Of a stretch of DNA of 63,962 nucleotides, positions 48,043 to 60,000 are shown piece after piece. Source of the stretch: Octopus sinensis (taxonomy: Eukaryota); assembly GCF_006345805.1 (NCBI RefSeq), contig NC_043016.1, positions 28,582,039-28,646,000 on the forward strand. Reading direction: 5' to 3'. Under the pieces are notes generated by a model that saw only the letters and a list, made by a program, of their open reading frames with translations, did not search any database and was not told the DNA's origin. The translations under genes and the position numbers were made by a program. The stretch's first letter is position 1, and each line of letters begins with the position of its first letter.

Positions 48043-51000
48043 CGACAGGCTTCTTTCAGTTTCCGTCTACCAAATCCAAAGCTTTGGTTGGTCCGAGGCT
48101 ATAGTAGAAGACACTTGCCCAAGTGCCATATAGTAGGACTGAACCTGGGACCATGTGGTTGGTAAGCAAGTTACTTACCACACAGTCACTCCTGACAGTC
48201 AGTGAACAAGTTGCAGCTTTGACCAAAGAAAATTTTGACACCATATTACAGATAAATGCTTATGTGAAGTTAATGGTCTTTGTGTGTTTCTGAATGGCTA
48301 ACTTATGTCTTTCACACTGAAATCACAATAATGCTGACATATGTACGTAGACATTGTCTAAATATCTAAATATATAAGATATAGTAAAGTGTACACTTAT
48401 CTCTACATGTGTCAGTTACAGTAATAATGTCTACATAATGCCCCTGTCTCTGTTGTCTGATAGTGTAACTAAAATATTAATTATGTGGATTTTGTTGTTT
48501 CAGAAGCTGACATGTTAAGTGCGGGTTCAGTTCTCCGAAAATACATGAACCAGCTTTGTTGCCATGTTGCCGATGTCTTACCTGTTGCTGCTTGTCTTGC
48601 CAGTCATAGCAGCAAACATTTTTCATTTATTTCGAAGATAATTTCTCAAGATGTTACTGGTAAATACTCATTGCTCTTTTATTTCAATTTTGACAGCATT
48701 TAAAATTTTTTTTACCAAACTGTTTCCTCAATGGTGAACACACTTTAGTATCCCCCTCATCCTCCTCCTCCACATTCCCCTCTGCCACATCCTCCTCTTC
48801 CCATCCTCCTCCCCTCCCCATCCTCATCCTCCTCTCCCCATCCTCCTCATCCTCCCCATCTTCCTCCGCCTCCTCCCTATCCGCCTCCTCCCTATCCTCA
48901 TCCTCCCCTATCCTCAATCTCTGCCTCCTCCCCATCCTCTTCCCCCCCTCCTTATCATTGTTAAGGTGGTGAGCTGGCAGAGTCACTAACATCCTAGGTA
49001 AATTGCTTAACAGCATTTCATGTCTTTACACTCTGAGTTCAAATCCTGCTAAGCTGGACTTGACCTTTCATTCTTTTGCCAGTCGATAGAATAAGTACCA
49101 GTTGAGTACTGCAGTTAATGTAATCGACTTACCTATTCCCCCAAATTTGCTGGCCTTGTGCCAAAATTTGAAACCACTACTACTATTACTACTACTACTG
49201 CTGCTGCTGCTTAAGGCAATGAGTTGGTACAATCATTTGCATACCACTAAGCATTTCATCCATTTTTATGTTCAGAGTTCAAATCCCACCAGGGTTGACT
49301 TTGTCCTTTTATCATTTCAAGGTTGATAAATAAATGACGAGTTGGACACAGGGGTCATTTTAACCGACTTAGCCCCTTCCCCCAAATTTGCAGGCCTTGT
49401 GCCAAAATTTGAAACCCTTATTATTATTATTATTATTATTATTTATTATTATTATTATTATTATTGAACATTGCGGGTGGGGTGTCAGTGTAACCAACCA
49501 GCCCCCTCCTCCAAATTTCAGAAAGAATTATTACTTTTGGTGTGTGTGTGTGTGCGTGCGTGTGCGCGCGCGCGTGCGTGTGTGTGTGTGTGTGTGTGCG
49601 TACGTGCGTGCGTGCGTGTGCGCGCGTACGTACAAATTCAATGTAAATTCCTCATATTCATTTTTTTCCATAAATGCTCTATTGGTGAAATCTCTATTTC
49701 AGGTGTTCTTCTACCAGAGATTGTCACTAGTTTGGTTCTACTCCAACTAAAGAACCCTGCTGTTTTACAATCATCAAAGGTGATTGTTGTTCTTGATGGA
49801 ATTCTTGACATCTTGGACAAGTTCAACAGATTGGCACCTGGTCTGGAATGGGATGACAAAGACGATCTTTTGTGGCCAGGATTTTGTCGTAAGTATATTT
49901 CTTTGCAATGATTCATGGATTTGGCAATATTTTTGAAGCACAGTACAAAACACTTTACACTATTTACTTATGATCCTTTATGTTCTGGAGGTTCAAATCC
50001 TGTTGAAATCAATTTTGCCTTTCATCCTTCTGGGGATGGTAAAATATAGTTCCAGTGAAAAACTGAGATAAATTTAATATTCATATAAAACATCCTTGAC
50101 GTAAATGGGATGGTAATAGAAGACTAAGACTAACTTTACCTTTCATCCTTGTGGAGATTGATACAGTACAGTACCAATAAAATATCAGACTATCTCTCAG
50201 AGTGAAAGGTAGACTATATGATGCTTGTGTATGAATGGCTGTGCTCCATGGCAGTGAGACATGAGCTCTGAATGCAGAAGACATGTGTAGACTGGAGAGA
50301 AATAAAGGTAGTATGCTCCGTTGGATGTGCAACATCAGTGCACATGTATGGCAAAGTGAAAATGTATTGAGAGAAAAGTTGGGTATCATCAAATGTAGCA
50401 TGCAAGAGAGAAGACTATGTTGGTTTGGACATGTGATGCGTATGAATGAGGACAGCTGCATAAAGTGCCAATCACTGAAAGTGGATGGTACCCACAGAAG
50501 TAGGAGACACAGGGAGATGTGGGGTGAAGTGGTAAGGACCAATCTCAGGATGTTGGAGGAAATTTCAACAGACTGAGATGAAGTTCTAGAGAAAACCTGC
50601 CTACATCAGCAAAACTGAGTTCTAGAAGTGCTGTGTGTCCCACCCTCATTTAAGAAAACTTCTCCCACACTCTACCACAAGCCCAAATATGTCTCTACAT
50701 CTCTTCCTCAACATTTCCGCTTCATGCACTATGCTTACCTCTCTCTCCCCAACCCTGTCCTCTTGGCCTTGTGCCACTGTATCATTGTTCTCGGCTAGCC
50801 CCAACCTGTGTGTTCCACCTACACACCCTGTCTCACTGTATTATTGCTATCTGCTACCCCCCTGACCTGTGTATTCCACCCACATGTAATGAAAACTTTT
50901 CACTCACCCTACCCCAACAAACCAATCTACATCTCTTTCTCATATTTCCTCCTTCATTCACTATGCCTAGCTCTCACCCACCAATGGCCCTGTTCCTCAG

Positions 51001-54000
51001 TATCATTGCTATCTGGTAGCCCCACAACTCTTATATATTCAGGTTTTCGCCACTTGTTTTTTTCTTGTCTGTGTGTGTTTTGTTTTATTTTATGCTCTTT
51101 ATAATTTTCACTTCAATTATGTCTTTCAGAACATTCTCTGGAGAAATTTTCACCAAAGACATCCTGTGATATTCCTGTGATTCGTAAGGCTGATCTAGAG
51201 AATCATAACAAAGATGGTGGTCTGTGGATAGTTCACAACAAGAAAGTTTATGATTTACTTGGCTACAAAGCGCAGATACTACCAGAGAAAGATGTACTTG
51301 TTGATATCTCAGGTATTTTCTTTGAAATGAAATTTCCACATCTTTAAATACCAATTGTGAGAATTGTAATTTTCACATAAAAGAAATACACAAAGCAATG
51401 TCTCTGGTGTTGGTGCAATGATAAAATGCATCCTATACACTCTGTAAAATGGTTGGTGATAGGGAATGGTTGAAGATATTAGCAACTACACCCGTTGCCT
51501 GGGACACCACGTCATTGTTTGGGGATTTTTTTTTTCAAATATTAATGGAAAATTGTGAAAATAATATAATAAAATATTGCTGTGTGGTTAGGGAGCTTGC
51601 TTCCTAGCTACATGGTTTCGGGTTCAGTCCCACCACGTGGCACTTTTGGCAAGTGTCTTCTGCTATAGCCCCGGGCCTACCGAAGCTTTGTGATTGAATT
51701 TGGTAGGTGGAAGTTACTGCTATGTATGTATATGTGCTTGTAGGTGCTTGTGCCTCTCCGAAAGAGAGAGAGGGAAAAACCAATAAACAAATGTTCCTTT
51801 ATATTTGTTAGTACTACAAGAAATCAACACTGCCATTCAGACTTCCCTCTTCCATCTCTTTATTTTTGAGTTTAAATTCTGCCAAGGTTGTCTATGGCTT
51901 TTATATTTTAGGATTAATAAAACAAGTACCTGTTAAGTACTGGGGTTGAAGATTACATCATCTTGCTGGGCTCCTCTTAAAATTTCAGGCCTCATGTCTA
52001 TAGTAGAAAAAATTATTAGTCTTTGCCTTTATGTCCTGAGTTCTAATTGAGTCAAGGTTGATTTAACCTTTCATCTTTTCGATGGGGTTGATGTAATTGA
52101 ATAACCCCCTTGATGTGTGTGATGTAATTGAATAGCTCCCTCCGACAAGGTGGTAGTGTTGTTAATTCTTCTGTCAAATCATTTGCTCTTTTTGTGCTGT
52201 GTGGAATAAGAGATGTGTTACTTGCAAATTAAATAAGAAGGGATTGTGACAAGAGGATATCTGGCTATAGAATAGTACTTCAGTAACATGTTCATCCGAC
52301 CCATGCAAACATGGAAAGACAGATGTAAAGCAAAATGAGCAAACAAATAAATTGTCTACATATACACATGCGGATGCGTGCGTGCACACACACATGCATA
52401 CAAACATACACACACAGTTGGAATATGCACACTATATTTCAGGTTAATAGTGTGTATACATTTATATGTACACGCGCTATTAGATAACTGCATAATCTGT
52501 CCATTTGTGTCAGGTTGTCTTTCTGCCTGTCTATCTGTCTGTCCATCTGTCTGTTTCAATAAATCAATCAAGCAGAAAACTGTCAAGCATTGCATCACCT
52601 CTGCCAATGGAAAAATACATATATCCATGCATATATTGTATGTATATATAAAAATATATATATATATATTTTTTTTTCTAGTTTCAGCTCAGAGCTGCGG
52701 CCATGCTGATGCACCGCCGTTAAATATATGTATGTATATATACATATATTGAAATTTACTCCTCATTTTCTCCACAAAACCTACTCACACACACACACAC
52801 ACACACAGTAAACTTCTAGATGCAAGTGAAGGTGGAAAAAGTAATACTGAAATACCGAAGGTAGAGTAATACACTAGTTATTAAAGCTGAAACAGTTTGT
52901 GAAAATTTTTTTCAGCTTTAATAAATATTGTCTATATGAGAGAGTCGGGGTGGGGGGATAGGCTCAGGCATCAGTCATATTGTTTTTGGGGTTCAATGTC
53001 TTTAGCTGCATCTTCTGGCCAGCAAAAGCCATGAGTGGGTCTAATAGACAGAAACAGAAAGATGACCATTGTTTATTTGTATAAGTTTGTATTTGAGCAC
53101 ACACATGTCTGCATGCTTGTTTTACATCTCTCCAAAAGTTGCTCAGCTACAGATGGACAACATTGCTGTCCTTTCCTGTATTAGTAGATTGCCCATTGGC
53201 TTTGTGCCCTACATTCAAAACAAGTGAAGGGTTAATGACAGGAAGGGCATCTAGCTATAAAACAATGCCGTGATAATATATTTGTCCATTTCATGTAAGC
53301 ATGGAAGAACACTTGAAAATGAGCAAAAAAATATATAGATATGTTAGTGAAAGTGTTGTTGTTGTTGTTGTTGTTGCTGCTGCTGCTGCTGCTACTGGCG
53401 GCGGCGGCGGCAGCAGCAGCATTGGCATTGTTAGCATGCTGGTCAAAATGCTTAACAGCATTTCATCAGCCTTGATCTGTGTTTGAATTCCGCTGAGGTC
53501 AACTTTACCTTTCATCCTTTCAGGGTCGATAAATTAAGTACTAATTAAACACTGGGGTTGATGTAATCGACTAGTCCCCCTCTGCCAAATTTCAGGCCTT
53601 GTACCTGTAGTAGAAATGATTATTGTTGTTATTATTATTATTATTATTAATTATATAGGTGACGAGCTGCCAGAATTGTTAGCATGCCGGGCAAAATGCT
53701 TGGTAGTATTTTGTTCATCTTTATATTTTGAGTTCAAATTCCTCCGAGTTTGATTTTGCCTTTCATCCTTCTGGACTCGGTAACATAAGTACCAGCTGAG
53801 TACTAGGGTTGATGTAATTGACTACCTCCCTCCCACAAATTTCAGCCCTTGTGCTTATATTAGAAAGGATTTTTATTATTATTAATTGTTATTGTTTTTC
53901 AGGATGGTTCTTATAATCGCTTTTCTGCTTTGATATTGGGCTACAACTAGTAGCCTTAGGTATCAAGCAGCCCTATCCTTGTCTTTTTATATTCCTTTTA

Positions 54001-57000
54001 GTCAACCTAATCAGCTAGTGCCCTTCATATTAGTATTTTGAGTAGCCTTCAACTTTTTCCTATCTAGGAATTTTTTTACCCAATATTCTGCATTCTATTG
54101 TTTGTAGGTTTATTACTTTGAGTTCAAATGATTTATTTCATATCTCTCATGCCCCTACAAAATATGTTGTTGTTGTTATTATCATCATCATCAAATGTCC
54201 GTTTTCCATGCTGACATGGATTGGACGGTTTGATTGAGGTCTGGAGAGCCAACAGCTGCACCAGGCTCCAATCTGATCTGATAATGTTTCTACAGCTTGA
54301 TGCCCTTCCTAATACCTACCACTCTGAGAGTGTAGTGGGTGCTTTTTACGTACCACCGGAATGGGAGCCAGTCAGGGGGCACTGGCCACAGCTACAATTT
54401 TGATTTTACTTAACAAGGTATTCTCAAGCATATCATATCACCCAATGCATTGGGGGTACTCTTAAATGGGCCGGACATGCAACACTGGCATCAGCCATGG
54501 CTGTGATCTCACTTTAGTTGCCAGGTCTTCTCAATCACAGCATATCTCCAAAAGTCTCGGTCTCCTGTCATTGCCTCTGTGAGACCCACTGTTTGAAGGT
54601 CATGCTTCACCACCTCATCCCATGTTTTTAATATGTTTCTAATCAATTATCATCAACATTGTCATCATTATTATTTCATTGTCAATGTTTTTTCTTTCTT
54701 TTCAGTGCGTGATCCTGCATCTGTATTCTTATCGGGTATTCAAGCAGATGTCACTGATAAGTTGCAGCCTTTTCTAGTGGGAAATTATGTTGATGTAAGT
54801 AATTTAAAACCTTTTTTACATTTTTTGTTTCTGTTCCTTTCTGTCTCAAGGAAAAAAAAAAATTGTAAATTCTACTCTACTTTAGCAATTGCTCTCATTA
54901 TCATCATCACCACCACCACCACCATCATTATCACCATCAATAATGTCGTTATCTTTAATTTCGACATCAATAAATCTGACAGTTGCTTCATTTGTTAGAA
55001 ATAACAACCAGATCACATCTTACCATCACTAAAGTGTCATTGATAATGTGGTCCTTGATAAAATCATCATCATCATTTAACGTCCGTTTTCCATGCTAGC
55101 ATAGGTTGGACGGTTCAACTGGGGTCTGGGAAGCCAGAAGGCTGCATCAGGCCCAGTCTGATCTGGCAGTGTTTCTACAGCTTGATGCCCTTCCTAACAC
55201 CAACCACTCCGAGAGTGTAGTGGGTGCTTTTTATGTGCCACCTGCACAGGTGCCAGACGAGGCTGGCAAACGGCCACGATTGGATGGTGCTTTTTACGTG
55301 CCACCGGCACGGAGGCCAGTTGGGGCAGCGCTGGCAACGGCCACGTTCGGATGGTTCTCTTACGTGCCACCGGCACTGGTATCTCAGCTACAATTTCCAT
55401 TGATGTTGAAAGATTTCGATGAGATGGAATGGTCATGAGTGAAATGACATCTGCAATCATAGATCTGCTGGATGAGGGCTGATCCTATATGTTAATTCTT
55501 CAATTTCTATCCCAATATCTGTGTACTTTGATCCAACCTTGAAATTGACATTCCTCAAATAGCATATCTTATTCTCATTTATTCAACTGTAACTATTTTC
55601 TGTTTTCAAAGCTACATGCTATATTTCAGTTTCTCCCTGAAGATGTACTGCTACCTTCAGCAGTAAGCCTATGTCATCTTCAAACCATCCAACATACCTA
55701 AGTATGTGGTTTTAGCCATCCTCCCAGGTGTGTCCTTTCACACAACTAAACAGGCACTTTCTTTCTAAGTGGTTTATAGTTCTTCAAAAACCGGACTCAG
55801 CTTGCCCTTTGAGACCAGAAAATTTTGACCTTGCACCCCTTCTCTTATAAAGATGAAAAGAAAATCTGTTGATTCAGTAGATATTATTGTCTCTTTATAT
55901 TGATAAGCAGGATGTGTGTTAGTATAAATATACACATATGCATTTATATATGTTATTGTTTGTATAGTTGTATGTGAAGGACAGGATATCAATAGATATT
56001 CACTATTGTTAGTGAATTTGGCTCCCCTTTGGACAGGGAGCAGTCTTTAATTAAAACAAAAGTAAAGTAAACAACTATTGAACTTTAACCCTTTAGCATT
56101 TAAACTAGCCATATATGGCCCCAAATTTTCTACCTGTTTTATGTTCAAACTGACCAGATCTTTCCTCTCACACCTATCTAATAATGTCACGAAAATCACA
56201 ACCACATCATTGAACTCACAAAGCTATGAGATAATACATAATTAATTCAAATCAATGTGAATAAATAAGCATTACATTTGATTGAATAATCTCAATGCTA
56301 AATGGTTAAATAAATTGAACTTTATTGAAATTCATTATAAATTAATTTTTAGAAAAAAATATAGTGGTTGATAGAATTTTAATAAATTTTTCCTTTAGAT
56401 TTAATAGATTCCTCCAAAATCCTGTTCTTCCACTTCTAGGTTGGAAAATATTTGTTAGTGTGGTTTGTATTTTGATGTTTGAGAATTCACTTGTAGACTA
56501 GATTTGGATGCAGTGTAGAATAGATAACATGATGATTAGCATCATCCATCATTCAGTTGGTCAACTTGCCTGGACCATTGCAACTCTTCCATGCCAGATG
56601 TCTCGCTCAAGTGATGCGGTATGAACATCTGGCTTGAGTTTCAGCCACATTGATATTTCGCTTGCTGAAATATCTCATCTTTGCACTCCACAACTGCAGA
56701 TGATAGATGTTTGCCTACTGAATTGGTTGATCTTGGTCATTGACAGTTCGTTGCTTGTTGATCCACTCAGTATATAGTGATATTCACCATTGATTCAATA
56801 AGATTTATTTGCTGAAATGGTTCTCATCCACCATACTGCATACTGTGATTTCAACTTACCCTGGCTTGAGTGCTTACATGCTATTTAACCCATGGCTGCA
56901 ACCCTGACAGGTGATACCACTCCAGGACAAAGTAGACGTGGGAATAATAATAGTTAAGAGATAGTTCCACACTCCTCAGAACCCTGGAACTCATGAACCA

Positions 57001-60000
57001 AAGGCCTAACTACTGGATACAGTTTAAATTCATTCCAAGAACATGATATGATATTATAGTCAAATAATTATTTATAAAGATTATTTTGGTTTTATTAATG
57101 ATTCCTTTTATCTAGTAATTATTTTTAATAAGCGGACGTTAAATAATGATTTTGAATGATCTCTTTTATATAATTATTTATAATAATCATAATATTCAGA
57201 TATTCTCATGTTGTGTATTTTGACTGATTTTTTTTTTATATATCTTATATATTTTACATTTTAAAAATTATTCTTATAAACAGCCTGAAGAAGATATTAT
57301 CCAGACAGCAGATACAAGTACAGCTTCATCACCTCTCATAGACACTGAAAGAACACTAGGTCTTTTGCTTGGACTTCATGCTGGATACCAAGCCCACAGC
57401 ACTAATCTTTCAGCTGAAGAAGAAGAATTTTCTCATTGGCTTCAATCCGAATTCTTTGCAGGAGGATTACAAATTTTGCAGCCACAAAATCCATTTGAAG
57501 AAGAGAAAGGAGAGAGCAAAACTTCAAGTTCATGTACAACTACACCTGGTTAGTTTGTTTCTCTATCTTTTTGTCTTCCTCTGTATTTCTGTCTTTCTGT
57601 CTGTCTCTCTCCATACATAATATACACTTGTAGAAAGACTGCCCTCTGGGCAGTTTTCTGCTAGCTCCTTGATAATATTTTCACATTAGATTTCCAATTC
57701 TAATAATTTTTATATTTCACGTCTAATTATTTCTTTGTATAATAATACCCACTTGCTTAGTAAATATTGCTTTCATTATTTTATCACAGTTATAATCTCT
57801 CTTTTCTAAACAAACATCAACAGTAGTCCAACAACAGAGGGAGAAGCAGTTTGTCAAGTTTTACCTTCCCTCAAAGCAATATAGAGATTTCAATTCAGCA
57901 GCCCATCTGTAAGCTTTGCAGCGTGTGTGTGAGAGAGTGGTGGGGAGAGAACATTGAAAACAATGGATGAAATAAACATGAAATGAAAAAAATTGTATAA
58001 ATAAAAGGGCATTACTACAGATGTATACGCCCCTGACTTTGTTGCCTCATAAGATCCAGAAAAATGGATACTTTTTAACAAACTTTTCTCACAAATACCA
58101 TTTATATGTTGTGGCTTCAGAGTATATAGGGATTTATGGGGAAAGAATTTTTCTGAAGGTGTGGAGAGTGGAGTTTTGGAAAATTCACATGCTCCGACTT
58201 TTTTCTCTTATAACTTTCAGGAAGATGGGTATCTTTTAATGAAAATTTATACAAATCCCTTTCAAATGGAATAAATAACGGTTATAAGGTAATTTGTGGG
58301 GAAAATTTTTTTGAGGGATTTTCCCCAGTTATTTTTAAACCGCAGCCTTCGAAATGATGGGGGTTGAGAGGGTGGGGCAGCTTTGTATGAAAAATGTTTT
58401 GAAAACGTTTTTTTTTACACCCCCTCCCTTGTCATCCCATTCCAGACCTATTTTGGCCAATGTTTTTTGCACTTCGAAACCATGAACACACATTCACTTC
58501 AGCATTAAATCTTCATTTGTGTCAAAATATTTTCATTGCTTTGAAACCACAACCTGTTCACTGATAGAACTTCACAAAAGTGATTTGGCACAAAGTTTTC
58601 TCAGTGAACAACACACACACACACATATTCATTGCCTTTCATTTCTGTGTATGTGTATCCGTGTGTGTGTATCACAGTTGAAGTCACTCATCCAACTTGT
58701 TTGTGTATATATTGGCTTAGTAGTACAGAGTGTTTGGAAACTATGAATAAGGAAAAAAAAGTTATCCAACTTTCTAGGCTCTTCTCAGTTATCCCACGTT
58801 CAAAAATTATACAGGTATTTCAAAAAATTTTCATTCAATAAATAATGTTTTTACATTACATATACATTAATAGAATAAACTGTTGGTTTTCCAAATAGCG
58901 AATTAAAACTTAAAAGAGAAAGTGAGGGACTTTGCAAATGAAAATGGAATACTCGGCAGTGAATGCAATAAATATTTAAATTTGTGAGAAATTGGAATTA
59001 AAAATTCAATAAACTTGAGAAATCAAAATTATAGGAAATTTCTTAGAACATGAATTTATAAAGATATTTCCAAATGGACAACCCTTTAATAATCACTTTC
59101 TTTTAGTAATTGTTACATACTTAATTAATAAGCAGCTTTCTCCATTATGGTATGTATATATATAACGGGAAGCTTTATGAAAATAAACAAAAGACGAAGG
59201 CAGGTGGAATACAAACAAACAATTGTATTAGTATGGCGCTCAGGAATATAAATAAAACAAGTCTTTTACAAGTCTCTATATATATATATACAAGTCTATA
59301 TATATATATTCTTTTTAAATCTTTTTTCTTCCATACCAGCATGTGTTGGATGTCACTTACCTATGTATCATAGCAGTTTTCACTTACTAATGTTCTAAAG
59401 GAAGTGGAGAAGGAAAAGTTTCTCATTTCCACACATCTTTCGGCTAACAAACCTTTCTCTAAGTTCCTTTAAGTTGCCCCCTAATTATGAAAAATAACTA
59501 AACTTTAGAACAATTGTATAAAATCCCCTTAACATGGGAAACCAATATTTTTGGGCATGAGGTATGAAAAAGGAGTCCAGTGTAAGTGGTTGGGATTAGG
59601 AAGGGCATCCAGCTGCAGATTTCACGCCAGCATGGTCAATGAAGCACAATGCAGTCCCTGGCCCCACTAGATCCTGTCAAACCATCCAGCTCATGCCAGC
59701 TTGGAACATAAATGTTAGATGATGATGATGGAGAGGAGGAGAGGCAGAGGATGAATGCAACATGCTTGGATTCTCACCAATCCACATCCCTGTCATGAAA
59801 CTGACTTTGCTAATAGACAGAAGCAATAGCCAGAGGTACTGCAAGTGGAGGATTCACAGTATTCTTGTTGGAATACCTGTTGTGGTCATTAGGCCTTGTA
59901 AAAAGTCAGTGGCAAGCTACTTAGTTTGTCAAAAATGTCTTGGATATGGTAAGTGATATGAAACTGGAAGATGGTACTTCCCTATTGGAGGGAGATTATG

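Noticed and set aside
48684-49016. Acidic 110-aa minus-strand ORF
   Set aside because: Translation of the C/T-rich low-complexity tract.
56470-56900. Possible RTE-X C-terminal remnant on the minus strand
   Set aside because: Too degenerate to support by eye.
57950-59570. Possible DNA-transposon body with sub-terminal similarity between about 58030 and 59540
   Set aside because: The inverted match is too weak to define ends.
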